From NCBI RefSeq assembly GCF_026210795.1, contig NC_089430.1:5518001-5582000 (forward strand): 64,000 bases of DNA. The letters are read 5' to 3'. The position numbers and the translations under genes are program-made. Shown one piece after another: positions 37,368 through 50,114 of this stretch (positions are counted from its first letter, which is position 1; every line of letters begins with the position of its first letter). Under the pieces are notes generated by a model, which made no database searches, was not told where the DNA came from, and worked only from the letters and a program-made list of their open reading frames with translations. The DNA is from Rhizophagus irregularis (lineage: Eukaryota).

Positions 37368-40300
37368 CTATTTAATAAAAAGTTTATTATTAGTATAATA
37401 TTAACTAAATATATTTACAAAAGTAACAATTAATATATTGCTTAACGGTAATACCTGAAAATTCCTTGCTTATTATATTATCACTTCGCTCATAATAATC
37501 ATCAGAATTTTTTGGTTTGGGAAGATTATTAAAATTAAGCAATCTACTTGTATAAATAGCTTCCGAATGTGTTTTATATAATAATTCTAAACTAGTCTGC
37601 GTATTTTCAGTTAATAATTTATTATTTATTACATCTGCTTTTTCAATTTGTCTTTGTAATTCTGTATCATATGATAATTGTGATGGGTCAAAAATTTCAT
37701 AAATTTCTTTTGCTGTTGGTCTATTTAATGGGTCCGAGTCTAAACATCTTTTAATTAAATGCATAATTAACTGTGGTACCTTAATATTAAATCTTGGTCT
37801 AAGCCCGTGACAAATTTTTATTGCTAAATGATTATTATGGCTCACATCATAATATGGAGGTAATCCAGAAATTATTTCGTACACTATTATACCAAAACTA
37901 TAAATATCAGCAGCTTTAGTATAATAATTCCTTCCTCTTAAAATTTCAGGAGCTATATATGGCAAAACACCATATGCACAGTTTTTTTTATTTTCTGATG
38001 CATTATAATTTGCAGGTTTACATAATCCCATATCAGTTATTTTTATGTAATTATTATTTATTAGTATATTGCCAGTATGCAGATCTCGATGAATTAGTTC
38101 ATTTTCATGAATGGTTCTAAGCCCAAATGCAATATCACATAAATATGTAATCTTATTGAACCAATTTAATTCATTGAATCTTGTATTTAAAAAATGCCGC
38201 AAACTTCCACTGTCTGCATATTCCAAAACCATAATATAATTTTCTGTTTCTGGATCTTGAGTTATTCCATAAAGTTTTATAATAATACCTCCACTTACTC
38301 TACTATGTAATTTAATCTATATATAAATGTAAATAAATAGTATTTTAATTATTAATAATAAATTAAATTGAATTAAATAAATGCACTATACCTCATTCAT
38401 AAATTCCGATGTGACATTTTTTGAATTATTTAAACTTTTCAGAGCTACAAACATATTCTGATCTTCTCTTTTCCAATTTTGATTTTCATCATCCCAACTA
38501 TTTCGGTACATTATACATCCATCAATCCAATTTGCTTTATACACTTTGCCAAACCCACCTTTTGCAATATATTTAATATCATAAAATCTATTATACGGAA
38601 CCCATTCTATTACATTATATGTGCGATTATGAGCTAACAACTGGCTATCTTGAATAAATTTGTCAATATCATCATTACCGCTAGTCCAATCTATGAATTT
38701 ATGTTGAAAGTGTATTGCATTACATATATTGTTACACTTTTTACATTTATTATTAAAAACCAACATATAATTTTTTGTCTCAGAATCCTGAGTTATTCCA
38801 TAAATTTCATGATCTTTTCTTATCTACAAATATAGTATATTTATTAATAAACTAATTAAAAATTTCATTTAATAATTAAATTAAAAATACTGTACCTCGT
38901 TCATGAATTCTATTGTAATTTCTTTTGAATTATTTAAACTTTTTATATTTAAAACCATCTTCTGAATTTTTCTGTTCCAATTTTGATACTTATCATCCCA
39001 TTTACATATTCTTTCATCAATCCAATTTGCTCTATATACTCCAATTTTTTCAATATATTTGATATTATAAAATCTATCATAAGGTATCCATTCTAATGCA
39101 TGTGATATTTCATTATCTTCATGGACTGATAGCTGAGTATCTTGAATAAATTTATCAATATCCTTATTACCACTGGTCCAATCTATAAATTCATGTTGAA
39201 AATGTATTGTATTACATATGTAATCACATTTTTTACACTTGTTGTTAAAAATCATCATGTAATATTTTGTTTCTAAATCCTGAGTTATTCCATAAATTTC
39301 ATGATCTTTTCTTATCTACAAATAGTATAATTATTAACTAAAATTTAAAATTTTCATTTAAAAATTAAATTAATTATACTGTACCTCATTCATGAATTCT
39401 ATTGTAATTTCTTTTGAATTATTTAAACTTTTTATATTTACAACCATTTTCTGAAAATTTCTGTTCCAATTTTGATATTTATTATCCCATTTACATATTC
39501 TTCCATTAATCCAATTTGCTCTATATACTCCAATTTTTTCAATATATTTGATATTATAAAAGCTATCATAAGGTATCCATTCTAATGCATTTGACATTTC
39601 ATTATCTTTATGAACTGATAGCTGAGTATCTTGAATAAATTTATCAATATCTTTATTACCACTGGTCCAATCTATAAATTTATGTTGAAAATGTATTGTA
39701 TTACATATGTCATTACATTTTTTACATTTACTATTAAAAACCATCATGTAATATTTTGTTTCTGGATTCTGAGTTATTCCATAAATTTCATGGTTTTTTC
39801 TTATCTACAAACGTAGAATAATTATTAATAAACTAAAATTCAAAATTTTCACTTAATACTAATAATAATTAATTATACTTTACCTCATTCATAAATTCTA
39901 TTGTAATTTCTTTTGAATTATTTAAACTTTTAATGTTTACAACCATATTTTGATTATATCTGTTCCAATTTTGATATTTATCATCCCATTTATATATTTT
40001 TCCATCAATCCAATTTGCTCTATATACTCCAATTTTTTCAATATATTTGATATTATAAAATCTGTCAAAAGGTATCCATTCTAATACTTCTTTGAATACT
40101 TCATCATTATTATGCATTGATAGCTGAGTATCTTGAATAAATTTATCAATATCTTTATTACCACTAGTCCAATTTTTAAAATATTGATGAAAATATATTA
40201 AATTACGCATGTATTTACATTTTTCATATATATAATTCAAAACCATCGTGTAACATTTTGTTTCTGGATTCTGAGTTATTCCATAAATTTCATGATTTTT

Positions 40301-43300
40301 TCTTATCTACTAACATAGTACAATTATTAGTAAACTAAAATTCGAACTTTTCATTTAATAATTAAATTAATTATTCTGTACCTCATTCATGAATTCTATT
40401 GTAATTTCTTCTGAATTATTCAAACTTTTTATATTTACAATCATATTTTCATATCTGTTCCAATTTTGATTATAACTATTCCATTCATATATTTTTCCAT
40501 CAATCCAATTTGCTCTATATTCTCCAATTTTTTCAATATATTTGATATTATAAAATCTATCATAAGGTATCCATTCTAATGCATTTAACATTTCATTATT
40601 TTTATGAACTGATAGCTGAGTATCTTGAATAAATTTATCAATATCATCATTACCACTGGTCCAATCTATGAATTTATATTGAAAGTATATTACATTACAT
40701 ATGCTACTACATTTTTTACATTTATTATTAAAAACCATCATGTAATATTTTGTTACTGGATCCTGAGTTATTCCATAAATTTCATGATCTTTTCTTACCT
40801 ACAAATATAGTACAATTATTAATAAACTAAAATTCAAAATTTTTATTTAATAATTAAATTAATTAAACTGTACCTCATTCATGAATTCTATTGTAATTTC
40901 TTTTGAATTGCTTAAACTTTTTATATTTACAACCATTTTTTGAACATTTCTGTTCCAATTTTGATATTTATCATCCCATTTACATATTCTTCCATCAATC
41001 CAATTTGCTCTATATACTCCAATTTTTTCAATATACTTGATATTATTAAATCTATCATAAGGTATCCATTCTAATGCATTTGATATTTCATTAATGTTAT
41101 GAACTGATATCTGAGTATCTTGAATAAATTTATCAATATCATCATTACCACTAGTCCAATCTATGAATTTATATTGAAAGTATATTGCATTACATATGCT
41201 GTTACACTTTTTACATTTATTTTTAAAAACCATTATGTAATATTTCGTTTCTGGATCCTGAGTTATTCCATAAATTTCATGGTCTTTTCTTATCTACAAA
41301 TATAGTATAATTATTAATAAACTAAAATTCGAAATTTTCATTTAATAATCAAATTAATTATACTGTACCTCATTCATGAATTCTATTGTAATTTCTTTTG
41401 AATTATTTAAACTTTTTATATCTACAACTATATTTTGATTACATCTGCTCCAATTTTGATTATGATTATCCCATTTAAATATTTTTCCATCAATCCAATT
41501 TGCTCTACATGCCCCAATTTTTTCAATATATTTGATATTATAAAATCTATCATAAGGTATCCATTCTAATGCATCTTCAAATACATAATTATAATGTGTT
41601 GATAGCTGGGTATTTTGAATAAATTTATCAATATCTTTATTACCACTGGTCCAATCTATGAATTTATATTGAAAGTATATTGCACTACATATGCTATTAC
41701 ACTTTTTACATTTATTATTAAAAACAATCATGTAATATTTTGTTTCTGGATCCTGAGTTATTCCATAAATTTCATGGTCTTTTCTTGTCTGCAAATATAG
41801 TATAATTATTAATAAACTAAAATTCAAATTTTTCATTTAATAATTAAATTAATTATATTATACTGTACCTCATTCATGAATTCTATTGTAATTTCTTTTG
41901 AATTATTTAAACTTTTTAAACTTACAACCATATATTGAACATTTCTGTTCCAATTTTGATATTTATCATCCCATTTACATATTCTTCCATCAACCCAATT
42001 TGCTCTATATACTCCAATTTTTTCAATATATTTTATATGATAAAATCTATCATAAGGTATCCATTCTAATGCATGAAACATTTCACTATCTTTATGAACT
42101 GACAACTGAGTATCTTGAATAAATTTATCAATATCTTTATTACCACTGGTCCAATCTATAAATTTATGTTGAAAATGTATTGCATTACATATGTAATTAC
42201 ATTTTTTACATTTATTATTAAAAACTATCATGTAATATTTTGTTTCTGGATCCTGAGTTATTCCGTAAATTTCATGATTTTTTCTTATCTATAAATATAG
42301 TATAATTATTAATAAACTAAAATTCGAAATTTTCACTTAATAATTGAATTAATTATATTGTACCTTATTCATAAATTCTATTGTAATTTCTTTTGAATTG
42401 CTTAAACTTTTTATATTTACAACCATATTTTGATCAAATCTACACCAATTTTGATTATTTCCTTCATCCCATCCTTCTATTTTTCCATCAACCCAATTTG
42501 CTTTATATACTCCAAATTTTTCAATATATTTGATATTATTAAATCTATCATAAGGTATCCATTCTAATGCATTTGACATTTCATTATTATCATGTGCTAA
42601 TAACTGAGTATCTTGAATAAATTTATCAATATCTTTATTACCACTGGTCCAATCTATAAATTCATGTTGAAAATGTATTGTATTACATATGTAATCACAT
42701 TCTTTACATTTATTATTGAAAACCATCATGTAATATTTTGTTACTGGATCCTGAGTTATTCCATAAATTTCATGATCTTTTCTTATCTACAAATTTAGTA
42801 TAATTATTAATAAAATAAAACTCAAAATTTCATTTAATAATTAAATTAATTATATTGTACCTCACTAATGAAATCTATAGTAATTTCTTTTGAATTATTT
42901 AAACTTTTTATATTTACAACCATATTTTGATCATATCTGTCCCAATTTTGATTATGGCTATCCCATTCATATATTTTTCCATCAATCCAATTTGCTCTAT
43001 ATTCTCCAATTCTTTCAATATATGTGATATTATAAAATCTGTCAAAAGGTATCCATTCTAATACTTCTTTGAATACTACATCATTATTATGCATTGATAG
43101 CTGAGTATCTTGAATAAAATTATCAATATCTTTATTACCACTGGTCCAATCTATGAATTCATACTGAAAATATTCTGTATAATATATGTAATCATATTTT
43201 TCACATTTATAATTAAAAACCATCATGTAATATTTTGTTTCTGGATCCTGAGTTATTCCATAAATTTCATGATCTTTTCTTATCTATAAATATAGTATAA

Positions 43301-46300
43301 TTATTAATAAAATAAAATTAAAAATTTTCATTTAATAATTAAATTAATTATACTGTACCTCATTCATGAATTCTATTGTAATTTCTTTTGAATTATTTAA
43401 ACTTTTTATATTTACAATCATTTTCTGAACATTTCTGTTCCAATTTTGATATTTATCATCCCATTTACATATTCTACCATCAACCCAATTTGCTCTATAT
43501 ACTCCAATTTTTTCAATATATTTTATATGATAAAATCTATCATAAGGTATCCATTCTAATGCATGAAACATTTCACTATCTTTATGAACTGACAACTGAG
43601 TATCTTGAATAAATTTATCAATATCTTTATTACCACTGGTCCAATCTATAAATTTATGTTGAAAATGTATTGCATTACATATGTAATTACATTTTTTACA
43701 TTTATTATTAAAAACTATCATGTAATATTTTGTTTCTGGATCCTGAGTTATTCCGTAAATTTCATGATTTTTTCTTATCTATAAATATAGTATAATTATT
43801 AATAAACTATAATTCAAAATTTTATCTAATAATTAAATTAATTATACTGTACCTCATTCATAAATTCTATTGTAATTTCTTTTGAATTATTTAAACTTTT
43901 TATATTTAAAACCATTTTCTGAACATTTCTGTTCCAATTTTGATATTTATCATCCCATTTATATATTCTTCCATCAACCAAATTTGCTCTAGATATTCCA
44001 ATTTTTTCAATATATTTGATATTATAAAATCTTTCATAAGGCATCCATTCTAATGCATTTGGCATTTCATTATCTTTATGAACTGATAGCTGAGTATCTT
44101 GAATAAATTTATCAATATCTTTATTACCACTAGTCCAATCTATGAATTCATGTTGAAAATGTATTGTATTACATATATAATCACATTTTTTACATTTATT
44201 ATTAAAAACCATTATATAATATTTTGTTTCTGGATCCTGAGTTATTCCATAAATTTCATGATCTTCTCTTATCTACAAATATAGAATAATTATTAATAAA
44301 TTAAGATTCAAATTTTCACTTAATACTAATATTAATTACTGTAATTATACTTTACCTCATTTATGATCCCTATTGTAATTTCTTTTGAATTATTTAAACT
44401 TTTAAAATTTACAATCATATTTTCATATCTGTTCCAATTTTGATTATAATTATTCCATTCATATATCTTTCCATCAATCCAATTTGCTCTATATACTCCA
44501 ATTTTTTCAATATATTTGATATTATAAAATCTATCATAAGGTATCCATTCTAATGCATTTGACATTTCATTATTTTTATGAACTGATAGCTGAGTATCTT
44601 GAATAAATTTATCAATATCATCATTACCACTGGTCCAATTTATAAATTCATGTTGAAAATGTATTGTATTACATATGCTATTACATTTTTTACATTTACT
44701 ATTAAAAGCAATCATGTAATATTTTGTTTCTGGATCCTGAGTTATTCCATAAATTTCATGATCTTTTCTTATCTACAAATATAGTATAATTATTAAATAA
44801 ATTAAATTCAAAATTTCATTTAATAATTAAATTAATTGTACTGTACCTCGTTCATGAATTCTATTGTAATTTCTTTTAAATTATTTAAACTTTTTAAATT
44901 TACAATCATTTTCTGAACATTTCTGCTCCAATTTTGATATTTATCATCCCATTTATATATTCTTCCATCAGCCCAATTTGCTCTATATACTCCAACCTTT
45001 TTAATATATTTGATATTATAAAGTTTATCATAAGGTATCCATTCTAATGCATTTGATATTTCATTATCTTTATGAACTGATAGCTGAATATCTTGAATAA
45101 ATTTATCAATATCATCATTACCACTGGTCCAATCTATGAATTTATATTGAAAGTATATTACATTACACATGCTATTACATTTTTTACATTTATTATTAAA
45201 AGCAATCATGTAATATTTTGTTTCTGGATCCTGAGTTATTCCATAAATTTCATGATCTTCTCTTATCTACAAATATAGAATAATTATTAATAAACTAAAA
45301 TTCAAAATTTTCATTTGATACTAATAATAATTAATGATACTTTACCTCATTTATGAATCCTATTGTAATTTCTTTTGAATTATTTAAACTTTTTATATTT
45401 ACAACCATATTTTGATAATATCTGCACCAATTTTGATGATAATCCCATTCACACATTTTTCCATCAACCCAATTTGCTATATATACTCCAATTTTTTCAA
45501 TATATTTGATATTATAAAATCTATCATAAGGTATCCATTCTAATGCTACCTTAAATACATCATCATAATCATGTGCTAATAACTGAGTATCTTGAATAAA
45601 TTTATCAATATCTTCATTACCACTGGTCCAATCTATGAATTTATATTGGAAGTGTATTGCATTACATATGTAATCACATTCTTTACATTTATTATTGAAA
45701 ACCATCATGTAATATTTTGTTTCTGGATCCTGAGTTATTCCATAAATTTCATGATCTTTTCTTATCTACAAATATAGTATAATTATTAATAAACTAAATT
45801 CAAAATTTTCATTTAATACTTAAATTAATTATACTGTACCTCGTTCATGAATTCTATAGTAATTTCTTCTGAATTATTTAAATTTTTTATATTTACAACC
45901 AAATTTTGGTAAAATCTACACCAATTTTGATCATACCATTCACACATTTTTCCATCAACCCAATTTGCTCTATACACTCCAATTTTTTCAATATATTTGA
46001 TATTATAAAATCTATCATAAGGTATCCATTCTAATGCTACCTTAAATACATCATCATTATTATCATGTGCTAGTAACTGAGTATCTTGAATAAATTTATC
46101 AATATCTTTATTTCCACTGGTCCAATCTATAAATTCATGTTGAAAATGTATTGTATTACATATGTAATCACATTTTTTACATTTATTATTAAAAATCATC
46201 ATGTAATATTTTGTTTCTGGATCCTGAGTTATTCCATAAATTTCATGATCTTTTCTTATCTACAAATATAGTATAATTATTAATAAATTAAAATTAAAAA

Positions 46301-48213
46301 TTTTCATTTAATAATAAAATTAATTATAATGTACCTCATTTATGAATTCTATTGTAATTTCTTTTGAATTATTTAAACTTTTTATATTTATAATCATATT
46401 TTTATATCTGTTCCAATTTTGATTATCATTATTCCATTCATATATTTTTCCATCAATCCAGTTTGCTCTATATACTCCAATTTTTTCAATATATTTGATA
46501 TTATAAAATCTATCATAAGGTATCCATTCTAATACATATGATATTTCATTATCTTCATGAACTGATATCTGAGTATCTTGAATAAATTTATCAATATCTT
46601 TATTACCACTTGTCCAATCTATGAATTCATGTTGAAAATGTATTGCATTACATATGTAATTACATTTTTTACATTTATTATTAAAAACCATTATGTAATA
46701 TTTTGTTTCTGGATCCTGAGTTATTCCATAAATTTCATGGTCTTTTCCTATCTACAAATATAGTATAATAATTAATAAACTAAAATTCAAAATTTCATTT
46801 AATGATTAAATTAATTATACTGTACCTTATTCATGAATTCTAATGTAATTCCTTTTGAATTATTTAAACTTTTTATATTTATAACCATATTTTTATATCT
46901 GTGCCAATTTTGATTATAATTATTCCATTCATATATTTTACCATCAATCCAATTTGCTATATATACTCCAATTTTTTCAATATATTTGATATTATAAAAT
47001 CTATCATAAGGTATCCATTCTAATGCATGTGATATTTCATTATCTTCATGAACTGATAGCTGAGTATCTTGAATAAATTTATCAATATCATCATTACCAC
47101 TGGTCCAATTTATGAATTCATGTTGAAAATGTATTGTATTACATATGTAATTACATTTTTTACATTTATTATTAAAAACCATTATGTAATATTTTGTTTC
47201 TGGATCCTGAGTTATTCCATAAATTTCATGGTCTTTTCTTATCTACAAATATAATATAATTATTAATAAACTAAAATTCAAAAATTCCATTTAATAATTA
47301 AATTAATTATACTGTACCTCATTCATGAATTCTAATGTAATTTCTTTTGAATTATTTAAACTTTTTATATTTATAACCATATTTTTATATCTGCTCCAAT
47401 TTTTATAATAATTATTCCATTCACATATTTTTCCATCAATCCAATTTGCTCTATATACTCCAATTTTTTCAATATATTTGATATTATAAAATCTATCATA
47501 AGGTATCCATTCTAATGCATTTGACATTTCATTATCTTTATGAACTGATATCTGAGTATCTTGGATAAATTTATCAATATCTTTATTACCACTGGTCCAA
47601 TCTATGAATTTATATTGAAAGTATATTGCATTACATATGCTGTTACACATTTTACATTTATTATTAAAAACCATCATGTAATATTTTGTTTCTGGATCCT
47701 GAGTTATTCCATAAATTTCATGGTCTTTTCTTGTCTGCAAATATAGTATAATTATTAATAAACTAAAATTCAAATTTTTCATTTAATAATTAAATTAATT
47801 ATATTATACTGTACCTCATTCATGAATTCTATTGTAATTTCTTTTGAATTATTTAAACTTTTTAAACTTACAACCATATATTGAACATTTCTGTTCCAAT
47901 TTTGATATTTATCATCCCATTTACATATTCTTCCATCAAGCCAATTTGCTCTATATACTCCAATTTTTTCAATATATTTGATATTATAAAATCTGTCATA
48001 AGGTATCCATTCTAATGCACTTGATTTTCCACATTTGGTATGATCTGATAGCTGAGTATCTTGAATAAATTTGTCAATATCTTTATTGTCACTGGTCCAA
48101 TTTATGAAATTTTGTTGAAAACGTATTGCATAACATATGTAATTACATTTTTCACATATATTATTTAATTCTTTATTAATATAAGACGGTTCAATTGGTT
48201 TTTTTTTATCCAT
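36961..48213 (-). CDS. Kinase gene 3: intact TKL-type protein kinase with 20 tandem N-lobe-like exon modules, C-lobe exon and 4 microexons (~3,100 aa if all are spliced)
   Basis: Start 48213 (MDKKKP...). Acceptors at 47734, 47242, 46751, 46259, 45765, 45266, 44772, 44272, 43778, 43283, 42786, 42288, 41788, 41293, 40798, 40306, 39804, 39315 and 38823 were each checked in frame with the listed ORFs. The last module has IAKGGFGKVY and VALK and ends at 38392. C-lobe exon is 38316-37455. Microexons are 37367-37323, 37243-37199, 37130-37086 and 37016-36961. Confidence 0.9.
38392..48213 (-). repeat. Tandem exon-intron array, 20 units of ~490-500 bp
   Basis: 20 recurrences of the module motifs with highly similar ~75-80-nt introns. 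Confidence 0.95.
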
Positions 48214-48529
48214 TGGATTTATATAGTAATTTTATAAAGCATCGATGTATTTGTAATAAAAACCAAGTATAAAAAATTTTTTTTTTTTTTCAGCCCGAGA
48301 CGATTAAATGAACAATATTAATGCACAGTCACGTGATAAGCGTAATAGTGTCACTACTATCACGTGACTTATAATATAACTAAACGATCGTTGATTGAAT
48401 TTCCTTTCTGAAAATTAGTGTAACATTGTGTAACTAATTCGGATAAAATTTCTTTTTTGGAATTGTGTAAAAGTCACGTGATATAAACAAAGTTGACACG
48501 GTAGAATTTAGTAATTCAGGCCGGCATTA

Positions 48530-48730
48530 TAGTTTCGATTTTTTTATTCGATAATCGAGTAAAATCGATTCTGATTCAATTCGATTTTGGTAGAATCAAC
48601 TCCAATCCCTATGCATAATATTTATGTTGATCAATGCTTTTTTAGCAATTTCAATAATTCTGACGTTACTTTAACAAGTTATGGAACATAATAATCGATT
48701 CTAATGGATTAGAATGCTTCCAATCCCTAT
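48530..48730. mobile_element. Fragments of hAT-like right ends
   Basis: TCCAATCCCTA at 48601-48611 and ~48719-48729, preceded by ATCGATT/TTCGATT repeats. No left end seen. Confidence 0.35.
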
Positions 48731-50114
48731 TTCGAATAGTTAATTGATCTACATTTACATATCGGTATTCTTCAAATATTGTTGTATCGAAGGTTGACTA
48801 CTGTAGATCTCATCTTTCTATTTAAAAAATTCTTTTATGTAATCAATTCAGAGACTTACACTAAATAAGGCTTAGATATTAATTTGAATGGCCAAATGTT
48901 ATTCTAACCCAACAGGACGCTTAAGTATGCATCAATATATTTGATTCCACTCTATATAATAAAAATAAATTTATAATTTTTATTCAATATAAAATTATTA
49001 TTTACTCATTATAACATAAGAAGTTCTTAGAATTAATAATAAAAACTTTGATACAAGTATAATACGTATTTCAAAAAAATAGATTTCTACAATGCATTGT
49101 AAATAAGTCTAGTAATTTTGCGCCACAGAATAATAAATTAAATACAAAAATATAAATTGGATTTCGAGAAATATACAAACAGGTAATAATAGAGTTTGTG
49201 TGGAATGATTTTGCGTCACAGAATTTCACGGGAAATCGCAATCATCGTAATGCCGGCTGACATAAATTTGGCTGGAATTTGCGAATTGTAATGTTGGCTG
49301 ACCATGTACAAATCACAGAATTAACTTTTATTACTGACAGAACTCGTCCCTAATCTGTCCAAAAATAATGTGTAGATCCTTTAATAATTTGGTTTTTTTT
49401 TGTCAGCTCGTGAGCTAAAGTAAATAATTTGAGCCAAATTGCGTACTATTATTGACCCATGTTAACAATATTTAGGAATTTAAGTCTGAAATAACCTAAA
49501 CTGTGACTAATAATTTTGTTTGAAAAAGTGGATGAACAATATTGCTTAAACAAGATATTTTTGGATGAAAACATTATTTATACAAAATAAACTCGTAATT
49601 TAAGTCGCAAACTTTGCTATGAGATTATACTATTTGACAAAGAAAGAGTATCGCGAGTGTACGATTAAGTGGATGATTACAATTCTGATATTGGGAAAAA
49701 TTAATCGGATTAAAAATATGACATGGATTAACAAACGATCAACATTATTTTTTTAAAATAATTTTTTTTTTAAATTAACTAGATTCTTCAGTCATACTTA
49801 ACCATAGTTAAGTTTAGCAATTTTTATGCATCATGAAATAATTAACATGACAAAATAATCATTTTAATAAACTTTTCATAGTACTTTTATATATAAACTT
49901 TTTTAAACTGTTATTAAAAAAGCTAAACAATAATACGGCTATTGAAATAATCTGCGCCACAAAGTGACACAAAAACTGTATAATTTTTATCAACATTCCG
50001 TGCAAAAAAAAAAAATTATTTGTTACACAATTCGGAAAATGCATATTTTAGGTTATTCAGCTGCCTTTTTTACTTATTCTACTAACCTGAATTCATTATA
50101 ATTTAAAGATTTTA

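Larger units (their letters stand above)
36447..49285. repeat. Segmental duplication, direct copy of ~520-13245
   Basis: Colinear anchors: TCGTCTTTGTATT (521/36451), GAAAACTGAAA (~1372/~36930), microexons, kinase exon, first exon, ATGCATCAAT (~12980/~48927), TAATACGTATTTCAAAAAAA (13051/49060) and GCAATCAT...AAATTTGGC(C/T)GGAATTTGC (~13197/~49238). Confidence 0.85.

Noticed and set aside
38650..47746. Recurrent 61-aa plus-strand ORFs (MNKFINI...YLQI) and 74-aa MNYLNF ORFs
   Set aside because: Antisense shadows of the repeated exon, with non-ATG starts; they recur only because the repeat recurs.
38386..48213. Treating each ~125-aa ORF as a separate tandem gene
   Set aside because: Each ORF is preceded by an in-frame AG acceptor, typically 57 or 60 nt upstream of the ATG, and ends just past a GT donor. 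Gaps are intron-sized with no room for promoters.
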